Source of the DNA: Promethearchaeota archaeon
Lineage (GTDB): Archaea; Asgardarchaeota; Lokiarchaeia; Sigyniarchaeales; SOKP01
Assembly (NCBI GenBank): GCA_016839555.1
Contig: JAEOUA010000006.1
Location: 192,001 to 256,000 of the forward strand
Direction of reading: 5' to 3'
DNA: 64,000 nt
The stretch's first letter is position 1. Every line of letters starts with the position of its first letter. A model generated the notes under the pieces. That model saw only the letters and a list, made by a program, of their open reading frames with translations. It made no database searches and was not told where the DNA came from. Below, one piece after another: positions 1 through 10,582 of this stretch. The position numbers and the translations under genes were made by a program.

Positions 1-556
1 CTTCAATGTAATTTTCCCATTCCTCCGTTTGAACATATTTTTTGATTAACTTATCATGCATTATACTTCGAATAGCAATTTTCTTATTATTTATTTTTTC
101 TTGGATAACTGGCAGATCAGTATCCAGCGCTTGTTCTGTAACGGACCAAATATATTCTTCGGCATCTCGTATAATTTGAGACCATAATTCAATATTCTCC
201 ATTGTTTGGGTTTTTATTTTACAATTTTTCAAAATCCCCATATCTAATAAAAGATGTTTTGGAATAGCATTAATTTCATGAGAATTTATAAAATCTCGAA
301 ATCTAATATTTACTTCAAAATAATCTAAAGCCTTATTGATCAAGTATCCAAAATTTGTCCGATAATAAGATTTATCTTGATTTTTCCTTATTAATTTATT
401 TTTTAAAAGCCGTTTTACATGTCTGGTAATTTCTGGACCAGGAACTTCCATTTTTTTTTCAAGATCAGAGTGTCTATAAGTTTGATTGCATGTTTCTCTA
501 AATATATTGTATCTTACTTCATGAGATAACTCAAAAAAAAGGTCATTAATTTTCAT
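1..556 (-). CDS. Winged-HTH (ArsR-like/DUF1724-type) archaeal transcriptional regulator, truncated by window edge
   Basis: Manual translation from ATG at 556: MKINDLFFELSHEVRYNIF...PEITRHVKRL..., open to the window edge; absent from the ORF track. Confidence 0.7.
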   Translation of the reverse strand, partial: MKINDLFFELSHEVRYNIFRETCNQTYRHSDLEKKMEVPGPEITRHVKRLLKNKLIRKNQDKSYYRTNFGYLINKALDYFEVNIRFRDFINSHEINAIPKHLLLDMGILKNCKIKTQTMENIELWSQIIRDAEEYIWSVTEQALDTDLPVIQEKINNKKIAIRSIMHDKLIKKYVQTEEWENYIE

Positions 557-831
557 TTTAAATCATTTTGTAATTTTAATTTGATTCCAAATAACTATTA
601 ACCCTTTAAACTATTTTAATCTTTTTTATCTTTTTAAAACAATTCTTGTAATTTATAATATTAACACCTAATCCTGTTTAGTTTATAACTTTGAGATGAT
701 TCGGGTTTTTTTTAATGAATTCAATATTAATTAATTTTTAATGGAGAATTTATAAAAAAAGATCAATAATTATGTTTTTAAACGAAACTGAGATGTAAAT
801 AAGGAAAAGAGTAAAAGATAAAAAAAAGGTA

Positions 832-2067
832 TTAATCTTTAAGGTGAATTTTATTTTGATTAACTTTTTCTAAAAATTCTATCAGAATTCTATAACAATC
901 CCAGAGATTTTGAAAATCCAATTTATCGATAGTATCTTCTACTGTATGATAATGTGTTGCAAATCCTTTTTTTGGTGCCCCTATGATTGAGCAACAAGTA
1001 ATATTATTTTTAGAATATGCCATGGAATCTGTAAAAGCCGTTAGATTACCTATTGTATGTGAAATGTCTAAATCTGTCGCGATTTTAGACAATTCTTCGC
1101 CGAGATCTCTAGAAAGATGAACTAATGAGCGTAATTCCATAATATCTATTTTCAAATTAGAATCCTTGCCCCCAACCATATCAATATTAACCACAAGGGC
1201 ATCTTTCAATTCAGTAAAATGTTGTTTAGAAAAGCGTTTACTTCCTCGATCTCCAATTTCCTCACACCCATGTGAAACAAGCCAAACTTCAGTATTTTCT
1301 AATCCTCCTAAGGTGTTTAAGTACTTCGCAATTTCAAAAATAATAGCAGTAGACGTTAAATTGTCATTTGCTCCCATAACTGGTGTATATGAAACACATT
1401 TAATTATGGTATAAATTAGTAAAGGGATTAGGGTCGTCTGAATTATAATTAAACTTAAATCAACGGCGGGGATAAATATGAACGGAATTTCAAGTACGTA
1501 AAGTATTATTTTCAAGATGTAAATTCCAAGCAAAAGAAAGCTTAATATAACTGGTATTCCCATAATTTTAGTGAAATATTTTGGCCATCTTTTTAAAATT
1601 GGAAATTCCCAATTAGAATCATGATGACCTCCAATTAAAATGGTATGTTTAACTTCTTTTTTTGGTTTGAATTTCCCATATACATTAGTGGATTCTTTTG
1701 TTTTAAAAAGAGGATCTATTAATTCAATATTGCGCATTAGATTTGTTTGAATAATTATTACTGAGATCACCATCAATATTAATAAAATCAATAGAGCTAT
1801 GAGATTAGGATAAAAAAAGTAAATCCAATATATGACAGTAGCAAGTATTATATTTATCATGGGAATACGAAATGCCGCTCGATAGGAACCTGGATGACAA
1901 TAAAACTTTTCTATTACTGCATCATCAGTATACTTTTTAAAGGTTTCTAAGATAAATGTGGCGCATTCTGCTTCTTGTGTACTACATGGCGCTCTAGGAC
2001 CAATAGTATCACATACGGTTTGGATTGTTCTCTGCATTGAGTTTTTAATCTCTTCTTTTCCATTCAA
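832..2067 (-). CDS. M28-family Zn metallopeptidase with internal transmembrane segments
   Basis: GGHHDS, GANDN, CEEIG, NIDMVG and HYHT motifs; hydrophobic insertions. Confidence 0.85.
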   Translation of the reverse strand: MNGKEEIKNSMQRTIQTVCDTIGPRAPCSTQEAECATFILETFKKYTDDAVIEKFYCHPGSYRAAFRIPMINIILATVIYWIYFFYPNLIALLILLILMVISVIIIQTNLMRNIELIDPLFKTKESTNVYGKFKPKKEVKHTILIGGHHDSNWEFPILKRWPKYFTKIMGIPVILSFLLLGIYILKIILYVLEIPFIFIPAVDLSLIIIQTTLIPLLIYTIIKCVSYTPVMGANDNLTSTAIIFEIAKYLNTLGGLENTEVWLVSHGCEEIGDRGSKRFSKQHFTELKDALVVNIDMVGGKDSNLKIDIMELRSLVHLSRDLGEELSKIATDLDISHTIGNLTAFTDSMAYSKNNITCCSIIGAPKKGFATHYHTVEDTIDKLDFQNLWDCYRILIEFLEKVNQNKIHLKD

Positions 2068-2145
2068 GTATAAAATACCTCCAGTTTAAATTACTTTAAA
2101 AAAGAATAGAACTTAAAAAAAATTAAAAAAATGAAATTTTTAATT

Positions 2146-2583
2146 TTATCCCCAATAACCTAATTCTTTCATTATTTCCATCGCAAACTCAAAATAGTCT
2201 CCAAAAGCCATGGTATCTTCAGTATTACCCTCTATTTTCATCGATCCCCCCATATATGCTGCTGTCCCATCGACCTCTCCCACCATAACTCCTGATAAAG
2301 TTTTCCAATCTGATTCCATTGAAAATGTAGCATTTTCATTTTCTCCTTCACCATAATCAAATTTACCATCTCCAAGTGAAATCCACCAAGTAAAATCTTT
2401 ATCATTTAATTTCATTTGCGCTGTAACTCCCTCTAGAAAATTTAATTCTTCAACTAAATCTTCATTTTCTAATGAGACTTGTTTTATAAGTTCCATTAAT
2501 TTCAGCATATTTCTTGGTTCCTCAGACATTTTACCACTTTCTTTCATTTCTTTTAATTCTTTCGCTAAATTTTCATCAATCAT
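2146..2583 (-). CDS. SCP2 sterol/lipid-binding domain protein
   Basis: C-terminal DGTAAYMGGSMKIEGN pattern typical of SCP2. Confidence 0.85.
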   Translation of the reverse strand: MIDENLAKELKEMKESGKMSEEPRNMLKLMELIKQVSLENEDLVEELNFLEGVTAQMKLNDKDFTWWISLGDGKFDYGEGENENATFSMESDWKTLSGVMVGEVDGTAAYMGGSMKIEGNTEDTMAFGDYFEFAMEIMKELGYWG

Positions 2584-3165
2584 CTTTTTCTCCTTTTTTT
2601 CTGTTTTAATAACTTATTATTTTATTAAATATTTTTTTTCTTATTTATTCTATTTTCCATATTACAATTTTTTTCCTGTGAAGGAAAAGATTTGCTATTT
2701 TAGCTTTATTGTAATAATTGGAACCTAGTAATGAAATGAATTTTCTTTTATTCATGTAAATTCGAATATCTATTATTTAAATTGATGAGATTAAAATATA
2801 AAAAGATATCGTTAAAAATGGTTTTAATACAGAATTTAAATATATATTTAAAATTTTAAAGATTTCGTGAATAATTTCTAAGTTGCCCGTTCTTATTAAA
2901 TTATCAGAATATAGGAGATTTTATTTTATTAAAATTATTTTAAATTATTCAGTTCTATTTTAATTTTTTCTGAAAATCAAAATGAAAGGAGAAAAAGCAA
3001 AATCTGTTTGTTTATTAGTTTAATTAGTATTTTATGTTTTATTTAAAGATGGTTAAGTGATATATACTTAGTATTGATCTTAAGAAAACATTTAATAACT
3101 CAAGTAATATAATTTTATATATAATCATTTTACGAAATAAATAAAACGGATCAAAGGTTAAATCA

Positions 3166-3945
3166 ATGAAACTTGATGGTAAGATATTTATAATAACTGG
3201 AGCTGCTGAGGGAATAGGGGCTGCTATTTCAAGATTATTATCAGAGAATAATGCTAAATTGGTTTTAGCAGATTTAGAGAAACCAGATCTTCAGTTGGAT
3301 AATTCAATATCAATTCAATATGATCCATTATCATTAAAAGAAGTACAAGCTGTGGTTTTAGAAGCAGTAAATCATTTTGGGCCTAAAATTGATGGTATCA
3401 TCAATACCATTAGCACATGTCTCGTACGACCAGTATCAAAATCAGAAGTAAATAATTGGGATTATCAAATGGATTTTAATTTTAAAAGTGTTTTTTTCTT
3501 AAACCAAGCATTAGCTAGACAAATGATTGAAAATGGGAATGGAGGAGTATTTCTAAACTTGGCAACGACCGCAGCCTTATCGGGAGCTAGTAATATAGCG
3601 GCATATTCAGCAAGCCAAGCTGCGATTATGAATCTATCTAACACTATGGCATTAGAATTAAGGGAATATAATATCCGTTCTAATTGTCTTATTATTCCTT
3701 ATATAGAAGCCACCGCAATTAAATATGGCGAATTATTTTATGGCAAAGATCCAGAAAGAATACGTCCTATGGCCTATACATTTTCGCCGATGATGGAATT
3801 AATTGAACCATCTGAAGTTGCAAAGATCGTTCTATTTTTAGTCTCAGAGGATTCACAAGTAATGAATGGGCAGACTATTGGAATTTTAGATGACGAATTA
3901 ACAAACATAAGAAATATATTAAACAGAATAAGATTAAAAGGGTGA
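3166..3945 (+). CDS. SDR-family oxidoreductase, atypical (YxxxQ)
   Basis: TGAAEGIG Rossmann motif; YSASQ in place of YxxxK. Confidence 0.85.
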   Translation: MKLDGKIFIITGAAEGIGAAISRLLSENNAKLVLADLEKPDLQLDNSISIQYDPLSLKEVQAVVLEAVNHFGPKIDGIINTISTCLVRPVSKSEVNNWDYQMDFNFKSVFFLNQALARQMIENGNGGVFLNLATTAALSGASNIAAYSASQAAIMNLSNTMALELREYNIRSNCLIIPYIEATAIKYGELFYGKDPERIRPMAYTFSPMMELIEPSEVAKIVLFLVSEDSQVMNGQTIGILDDELTNIRNILNRIRLKG

Positions 3946-4727
3946 AATATATGAGATTAGAGGATAAAATTATAATAGTAACAGGAGCAGGTTCTGGGAT
4001 TGGAAAGGGAATAAGCATAAAACTTGCTCAAGAAGGAGCACATATTATTGTTGCTGATATTAATGAAGATGCCGCTAATGAAACAGCTGAAGAAATAAAA
4101 AAAATCGGACGGGAAGCTCTTGTAATTAAAATAGATGTTTCAGATAAAGATAGTGTTAAAACCTTGGTTGATAAAACTATAGAGAAATTTAATAGAATTG
4201 ATATAGCTGTTAGTAATGCAGGAGTCTCTAGGATGGCTAAATTTGTAGATATTACGGAAAAAGATTATGATTTCAATTTAGATATTAATGCGAAAGGAGG
4301 ATTTCTTGTTTCCAAATATGTTTCCGAAGTAATGAAAAAACAAGAATCAGGGAAGATTATTTTCACGATTAGCATGGCTGGAAAATGTGGAAGTCCTTTA
4401 TATGCCCATTATAATAGTTCCAAAGCAGCTCTTCTTTCTTACATGCAAGCATTGGCAATGGAATTAGCTCCCAATATTACGGTGAATGGTGTGTGTCCCG
4501 GATTAGTTCAGACTTCGATGCAAGAAAGAGAAATAAAATGGAGTGCTGAACTCCAGGGAATAAGTGAGGATTTGGTTAAATCTCAATATCTTTCCGGAGT
4601 ACCTCTTCAAAAGCTTGAGACAGCTAATGATGTTGCTAACTTAGTAACATTTCTAGCTTCAGAAGAAGGAGATTATATAACTGGACAAGCTATTAATGTT
4701 ACCGGTGGAATGATTTTAAGAAGATAA
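3942..4727 (+). CDS. Classical SDR oxidoreductase, probable sugar/polyol dehydrogenase
   Basis: TGAGSGIG, SNAG, YNSSK; 4-bp overlap with upstream SDR. Confidence 0.9.
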   Translation: MKYMRLEDKIIIVTGAGSGIGKGISIKLAQEGAHIIVADINEDAANETAEEIKKIGREALVIKIDVSDKDSVKTLVDKTIEKFNRIDIAVSNAGVSRMAKFVDITEKDYDFNLDINAKGGFLVSKYVSEVMKKQESGKIIFTISMAGKCGSPLYAHYNSSKAALLSYMQALAMELAPNITVNGVCPGLVQTSMQEREIKWSAELQGISEDLVKSQYLSGVPLQKLETANDVANLVTFLASEEGDYITGQAINVTGGMILRR

Positions 4728-4765
4728 AATAAATATAAAAATTTAAAAAATAAAGTGAAAAAAAA

Positions 4766-5566
4766 ATGTTTGATATTTCAAATAAGAAAATAGTTGATTT
4801 ATCTCGGATGATGGATCCAACAGATCCTCTCCATGCCAGAGAAACACAATGGAGGAAGCAAAGAGGGAATATCCCTCCAGCATATATCCCAGAAGAGGAG
4901 ATTAAAGTAGAACCCTATATTTTTATGGCTGATAGATGTATGTGTGAATGGTTAACAATGTGGAGTCATGCAGGAACACATCTTGAGGTTTCAATTCATT
5001 GTTATGTTCATGGAGCAACAGAAATTCCTAACAAAATGATGTATAGTATTGGTGAAGTTCCTTTAGATGATCTCTGTGGTGAGGGATATGCTGTGGACCT
5101 TACATTTGTAGGAGAGGAAAAAAGAGCAACTGATCCGAATGTCATAACGGATCGATTAGAACGACTTAGTGTATGTGGTCCTCAAGTTCTTCCTGAAGAT
5201 ATTGAAGAATGGGAGGAGAGGAACAATACTCATATTGAAAAAGGTGATATCGTTTTTCTTCATACTCAACTTGAAATTCCTGATATTCCTATTATTCCTA
5301 AAGAAACTTGTAGCTATTTAGTCCGAAGAAGAAAAATAAAAATGATAGGAACAGATGACCACACGATTATTTATGGGGGATTAGGGCATATGTTCCTACA
5401 TGAACGTCGAATGCCAGTCGTTGAGATGTTAACTAATTTAGATAAGATTGGCAATCAAAGAGCTTATTTTGTTGTTTCACCATTGCCTATAAAGGGAATT
5501 GGAGGCTCTCCCTCTCGAGTATTTGCTTATGTGGACGAAATCATAGAAAAAGAAGAAGCAGAATAA
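4766..5566 (+). CDS. Cyclase family (kynurenine-formamidase-like) metal hydrolase
   Basis: DLS start, HAGTHLE, HMFL...VEML and PLPIKG-GSPSR motifs. Confidence 0.85.
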   Translation: MFDISNKKIVDLSRMMDPTDPLHARETQWRKQRGNIPPAYIPEEEIKVEPYIFMADRCMCEWLTMWSHAGTHLEVSIHCYVHGATEIPNKMMYSIGEVPLDDLCGEGYAVDLTFVGEEKRATDPNVITDRLERLSVCGPQVLPEDIEEWEERNNTHIEKGDIVFLHTQLEIPDIPIIPKETCSYLVRRRKIKMIGTDDHTIIYGGLGHMFLHERRMPVVEMLTNLDKIGNQRAYFVVSPLPIKGIGGSPSRVFAYVDEIIEKEEAE

Positions 5567-5572
5567 AATCTA

Positions 5573-5587
5573 TTTTTTTTTTTTTTT
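5573..5587 (+). terminator. Oligo-T terminator after cyclase gene
   Basis: T15 run just after the stop, followed by a TATA-like element before 5651. Confidence 0.55.
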
Positions 5588-5650
5588 AATTTTAATATAA
5601 GTTTTACTAAAAATATATATAAGAATAATAATAAAAATATGTGATTTGAA

Positions 5651-6322
5651 ATGACGGAATTCATTTTCATGTTAACATATGATGATGTTACCAGAAAAGA
5701 TGCGATTGAAATTTATGAGGGAATTAGAAATATTGAGGATTTAAAATTCGTTGGCTTCAAGAATATTGGTTTGAAAATGGGTGAATATGAGAGATTAGTT
5801 AATATGATGAAAGAGGATGGAAAAACAATTTTTTTAGAAGTGGTTTCTGATTCTGAAGAAGAATCCATAAAATCTGCCAAAGTTGGATTGGAATTTGGAG
5901 TAGATTGCTTAATAGGTACTATGAAACCCTATATTGATGCCTCTCTTAAATACATTAAAGGAAAACCAATAAAATTTATGCCTTATATCGGAGATGTGGT
6001 GGATCATCCTTGTATCTTAAAAGGAACAATTGAAGAAATGCAAGAGGATGCTAAAGAAGTAGAGGTTAAGGGAGTAGATGGAATCAATCTTTTAGCTTAT
6101 CGGCATCAAACGATCGACGTGGAAGAATTAATTAAAAGAGTAATGGATGTAATGAGGACTGAGCTGATTGTCGCAGGAAGTATCAAAACTCCCGAACAAA
6201 TAAAAAAAATGGATGAATTAAATGTCTGGGCCTTCACTATTGGAACGGCAATCTTTGATAAGAAATTCGTTCCCGAAGGATCCTATGCGGATAACATCAA
6301 AAAAGTATTAAGTTTTATTTAA
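5651..6322 (+). CDS. TIM-barrel (ribulose-phosphate-binding-like) enzyme, possible sugar-phosphate aldolase/isomerase
   Basis: Alternating beta/alpha pattern; C-terminal IVAGSI and FTIGTA phosphate-binding-type motifs; sugar cluster context. Confidence 0.6.
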   Translation: MTEFIFMLTYDDVTRKDAIEIYEGIRNIEDLKFVGFKNIGLKMGEYERLVNMMKEDGKTIFLEVVSDSEEESIKSAKVGLEFGVDCLIGTMKPYIDASLKYIKGKPIKFMPYIGDVVDHPCILKGTIEEMQEDAKEVEVKGVDGINLLAYRHQTIDVEELIKRVMDVMRTELIVAGSIKTPEQIKKMDELNVWAFTIGTAIFDKKFVPEGSYADNIKKVLSFI

Positions 6323-6346
6323 TAATTACAAGGAGAAGATTTAAAC

Positions 6347-7726
6347 ATGTCAGAAAAATCTCAAAAAAAATTAACAAAATTGGCATATGGTATAGGCTCC
6401 ATCGCAGATACTGGATCATATTCAATTATAAGTACATTTTTACTTTTCTTTTTAACTGATGTGGTCTATCTTAACGCATGGCTTTCGGCATTAATTTATA
6501 TGTTATCATATGGCGTCTGGAATGCTATAAATGATCCCATCGTAGGCGTTTTATCCGATCGCACACATACACGATGGGGGCGCAGAAAACCATGGATAAT
6601 GGTTGGCGCTCCACTATGTTTATTATTTTATATTTTAATATGGGGACCGCCTGTGGGCATTGGTTCTATAGGTATTTTCTTTTTCATGTTAATTGTTGTT
6701 GCGGGTTATGAATTTGCATATAGCATGGCTGCGGTCACTTGGTTTGCGGTTTTTCCAGAGGTATGGGTCACCGTAGAGCAGAGAAGTGAAATTGTCATAT
6801 ATAGACAAGTCTTTGCTATTATAGGGGGTGCTCTAGCCGTAGGGCTCTTTCCTGTCATTCAAGTAACATTTTCTGAATCTTACGGGGAATTAAGTGGGTG
6901 GACTTGGGCTGGAACTATTCTTGGAATAATATTTACCATCTGTTTTTTAATTTCATTATTAGGAATTAAGGAGAGAAAAGAATATTCATTAGATAAACAA
7001 ATGTCATTATTTAAATCCATCAAAACATCCTTAAAAAATAAATCTCTCCTCACCTACATGGTCATCGATCTTATGACATGGAGTATGTTTGGTTGGATGG
7101 GGGCTATAGCACCATTCTTTATTACCCACTCACTTGGTTTAGGTTTAGAAATAGTTTCTCTCATCATGATTCCAAATATGCTTGCTACAATCATCTTTTT
7201 TGCTCCATGGAGAAAAATTTATATTCGATATGGGCCCAAGAAAACGTTAGCCGTAAGTTGTATAGCTCAAATATTAGTATATTTGATGGTTTTTGTTATA
7301 AATGATATATTAGGGCTAGTTTTATGGGGTTTTTTCTTAGGATTGAGTACCGCAGGAATTTTAATAGCTCGTGAGGTTATGATGGGAGATGTTGTAGATG
7401 AAGATGAGATTAAGACCGGCATTAGAAGGGAAGGATCATATTTTGGATTCATGATAATGGTTGAAAAATTTTCGTTAGTATTGATTGGCCTATTCACGGC
7501 AATACTATTGGATGTGATTATAGGATATGATCCAAAGCTACCAGATCCTCCAATGATGGACCTCTATATTCGAATAGGAATGGTAATAATGATTGGAATT
7601 TTTACTATAATACTCATAGTCTTTTTGAAATTATATCCTTTAAACAAGGATAAAGTTGCTGGCATTCATGAAAAAGTTGAGATATTGCATAAAGAGAAAA
7701 AGGAACGATTAAAGAGTATTAATTAA
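6347..7726 (+). CDS. MFS glycoside-pentoside-hexuronide (GPH/MelB-like) transporter
   Basis: WNAINDPIVGVLSDRTHTRWGRRKPW and DVVDEDEIKTGIRREG signatures. Confidence 0.93.
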   Translation: MSEKSQKKLTKLAYGIGSIADTGSYSIISTFLLFFLTDVVYLNAWLSALIYMLSYGVWNAINDPIVGVLSDRTHTRWGRRKPWIMVGAPLCLLFYILIWGPPVGIGSIGIFFFMLIVVAGYEFAYSMAAVTWFAVFPEVWVTVEQRSEIVIYRQVFAIIGGALAVGLFPVIQVTFSESYGELSGWTWAGTILGIIFTICFLISLLGIKERKEYSLDKQMSLFKSIKTSLKNKSLLTYMVIDLMTWSMFGWMGAIAPFFITHSLGLGLEIVSLIMIPNMLATIIFFAPWRKIYIRYGPKKTLAVSCIAQILVYLMVFVINDILGLVLWGFFLGLSTAGILIAREVMMGDVVDEDEIKTGIRREGSYFGFMIMVEKFSLVLIGLFTAILLDVIIGYDPKLPDPPMMDLYIRIGMVIMIGIFTIILIVFLKLYPLNKDKVAGIHEKVEILHKEKKERLKSIN

Positions 7727-7751
7727 AAAAAATAATTGAGGTGTAATTATT

Positions 7752-8084
7752 TTGGGTGAAATTAAAATCATTCGAAAAGAAGAAGCTAAGGATTGGTATG
7801 AAGATGATGAGTTGTGCCGTCTTTACCGCGAAGATGAAGATATGGTATTTGGAACTTCTTATTTAGGACCAAATGAAATAGGTGCGGTTGATCCAGGCCA
7901 TGAAAATGGAAGAGAAGTTTTTTTCTGTGCCACGGGAAAAGTAATCGTTGAATTTTCTAAAGATAAGACCGAATTAAGCGCAGGAGATGCTGTAATTATT
8001 CCGAAGAGGGAGCCTCATAAGTTAATCAATAAATTCAATGAGCCAACTCTAATCGTATGGTCATTGGCTCCACCAGATAAATAA
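7752..8084 (+). CDS. Cupin-domain protein
   Basis: GHENGREVFF and GDAVIIP...PH cupin motifs. Confidence 0.85.
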   Translation: MGEIKIIRKEEAKDWYEDDELCRLYREDEDMVFGTSYLGPNEIGAVDPGHENGREVFFCATGKVIVEFSKDKTELSAGDAVIIPKREPHKLINKFNEPTLIVWSLAPPDK

Positions 8085-8096
8085 GGGATGAGATGA

Positions 8097-9635
8097 ATGG
8101 GAGAATATATACTTACTTTAGACGCGGGTACTACGGCTTCAAAAATTTCATTATTTGATACACAAGGAAACTTAAAAAGCATTTCTACTCATGAATATGA
8201 ATTATTGACGCCAACAGCTCTTTCTGTAGAACTTCCAGCTGAGAAATTTTGGGAAGCTTTCAAGTTGGGAACCCAAGATGTTCTAAAAAACTCAAGGATT
8301 AATCCAGCAGATATTAAAGCTTTCAGCTTATCTGCGCAAGGAGAAACTCTAATTTTAATTGACAAAGAAGGAAAGCCCTTGCGTAATGCTATTTCATGGA
8401 TGGATAATCGTGCTCAAAAACAAGCTGAGACTCTTTCTCAAGAATTTTCAAATGAGGAAGTATACAAAATCACAGGACAGGTATCGATAGTTCCCACTTG
8501 GCCTGCATCAAAACTTCTTTGGATAAAACAAAATGAGCCTCAAATTTTCGAAAAAATACATAAAGTCTTATTAGTGGAAGATTATTTGATTTGGAAGTTA
8601 ACCGGACAATTTGCTTGTGAAGGTTCCTTAATTTGTTCCACGGTTTATTGGAATATTTCGAAAGAAAACTGGTGGAATGAAATGTTAGAGTATTTAGGTC
8701 TTTCTTATGGGCAATTACCAGAAATAAAATATTCTGGAGAATCAGTAGGAACCATAACAGCAAGTGCCGCCAAAGAACTAGGTCTAAGTAATAATGTAAT
8801 TGTTTCTATGGGTGCTCTTGATCAGGCTTGTGGAACTATCGGGGTTGGGAATGTTAAGCCAGGAATATTTACGGAAAACACGGGTGCAGCATTAGCAATT
8901 TGCGCAACTCAAGACAAAAACACACCTACTTTCGATACTAAAAGAAGAATGCCAGTACATTATCATGGATTACCGAAAAGATACATGTTTCATACTTTTA
9001 CCACTGGCGGGATGGTTCTTCGTTGGTATAGGGACAAATTTTGTCAAGAGGAGATAAAAATTGCCAAAGAAAAATATGTTGATCCGTATGATTTAATTGG
9101 AGAAATGGTTGCTGAGGTACCCGCAGGTTGCGATGGGTTAGTGATGCTCCCCCATTTACAAGGTGCTATGGCTCCAGAGGATAATCCAAAGGCAAGAGGT
9201 GTTTTTTATGGATTTACTTTAAAACATGGAAGAGCTCATTTTTCCAGAGCAATAATGGAAGCAATTGCGTTTATCGTACGGAGAAATTTAGATATTATAC
9301 AAGATCTAAATATCTCAGTAAATGAAATCCGTGTTTTAGGAGGAGGTGCTCGAAGTGATGTATGGAATCAAATTAAGGCAGATGTTACCGGAAAAACTTT
9401 GGCAAGGACCGTTAATGAAGAGGCTGCATGTCTTGGAGCAGCCATCTTTGCTGGAAAAGGTGCTGGTATTTATTCCAGCATCGAGGATGCAGCTAACCAA
9501 ATGGTTTCTATAAAACAGAGATATGAACCAAACCAAGCAAACAGAGAAATTTATGATGAAGCTTATAAGAAATATATTAAATTATACGAAGATTTGATAG
9601 ATATGTTTTCTTTAGAAAAAGAGTTAAAGGAATAA
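8097..9635 (+). CDS. FGGY-family carbohydrate kinase (xylulokinase-like)
   Basis: LDAGTT, SWMDNRA, DQACG and GGGARSDVWNQIKAD motifs. Confidence 0.92.
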   Translation: MGEYILTLDAGTTASKISLFDTQGNLKSISTHEYELLTPTALSVELPAEKFWEAFKLGTQDVLKNSRINPADIKAFSLSAQGETLILIDKEGKPLRNAISWMDNRAQKQAETLSQEFSNEEVYKITGQVSIVPTWPASKLLWIKQNEPQIFEKIHKVLLVEDYLIWKLTGQFACEGSLICSTVYWNISKENWWNEMLEYLGLSYGQLPEIKYSGESVGTITASAAKELGLSNNVIVSMGALDQACGTIGVGNVKPGIFTENTGAALAICATQDKNTPTFDTKRRMPVHYHGLPKRYMFHTFTTGGMVLRWYRDKFCQEEIKIAKEKYVDPYDLIGEMVAEVPAGCDGLVMLPHLQGAMAPEDNPKARGVFYGFTLKHGRAHFSRAIMEAIAFIVRRNLDIIQDLNISVNEIRVLGGGARSDVWNQIKADVTGKTLARTVNEEAACLGAAIFAGKGAGIYSSIEDAANQMVSIKQRYEPNQANREIYDEAYKKYIKLYEDLIDMFSLEKELKE

Positions 9636-9816
9636 TCAAAATTTTTAATTATTTTTTTTTATCTTTTATTTTATTCTGTTGCGAATTATATATAATGAGT
9701 ATATTTATATCTGGTATATAATATCTCTTCTTTATTCCAAGAACCAAATTAAATGATTAACCAAACCAGACATTAAGTTAATTTTTTGAAAATTGAGAAA
9801 TAAAAAAAAAGATTTA

Positions 9817-10002
9817 TTAGTATAAATCATTAATTACAAATTCTAAATCAAGATCTTGGAGCGTATTTTCTAATGGATATCCATTTTTAGGATTCCATCC
9901 AAATTTTTCACACAGTTTTTTATAATTTTCCTTATACTCTACAGTAATTCCTTCATTTGGACCACTAGTTTGCGGAGGATCACCGATAGATCTCCCAGGC
10001 AT
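9817..10002 (-). pseudogene. C-terminal remnant of an aldehyde:ferredoxin oxidoreductase family gene
   Basis: GPNEGITV...FGWNPKNGYPLENTLQDLDLEFV resembles the AOR C-terminus (GWD..G.P...TL..LGL); the rest of the gene is absent. Confidence 0.7.
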
Positions 10003-10008
10003 TAAAAT

Positions 10009-10139
10009 TATTAAAATATTAAAGTATTATCATATGAAAGTATATTAAAAGGTAGAATCAAGGATGGACAAAATATTAAAATATTAAAGTATTATCATAT
10101 GAAAGTATAATTAAAAGGTAGAATTAAGGATGGACAAAA
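10009..10139 (+). repeat. Tandem direct duplication of ~65 bp covering promoter, RBS and start codon
   Basis: Near-identical copies at 10009-10073 and 10074-10139 (tattaaaatattaaagtattatcatatgaaagtata...aggatggacaaaa). Confidence 0.95.
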
Positions 10140-10486
10140 CGGACATAAATAAAATCGAAAAAATAATAAAGGATCGGGATAGCGCCAATAAATTTTTTAA
10201 CTCGATAAATTCAGAGGTGTATAGAGCCTTTTTGGATATGGAAAGCGCTACATATCGCACGGGAGTGTTAGAAAAGAAGTACAAGGAAATGATAGCCCTC
10301 GGAATTTCGGTAGTGATTAATTGTGAATCGTGTATGGAATGGCATACAAAGGAAGCATTAAGAGCCGGAGCGTCAAAAGAACAAATTATTGAAGCAATTG
10401 AAGTTGCAATCGAGATGGGAGGGGGTCCAGCTACGGTTGCCAGTAGGTTTGCTCTTAAGACGCTTGATTATCATACTAATAAATAA
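10130..10486 (+). CDS. Carboxymuconolactone decarboxylase/AhpD-family protein
   Basis: KEMIALGISVVINCESCMEWH...GAS signature. Confidence 0.92.
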   Translation: MDKTDINKIEKIIKDRDSANKFFNSINSEVYRAFLDMESATYRTGVLEKKYKEMIALGISVVINCESCMEWHTKEALRAGASKEQIIEAIEVAIEMGGGPATVASRFALKTLDYHTNK

Positions 10487-10582
10487 AAATAAAAAGTCGA
10501 ATATTCAAGTATTTTATTAATTTTTAATAAAAAAACTTTTAAATTTTGTATTTTCAATATTAAATGGAGTGAGATAAAAGAT

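Noticed and set aside
10009-10139. Possible CRISPR array or IS end
   Set aside because: Only two adjacent copies with no spacer; no cas or transposase gene nearby
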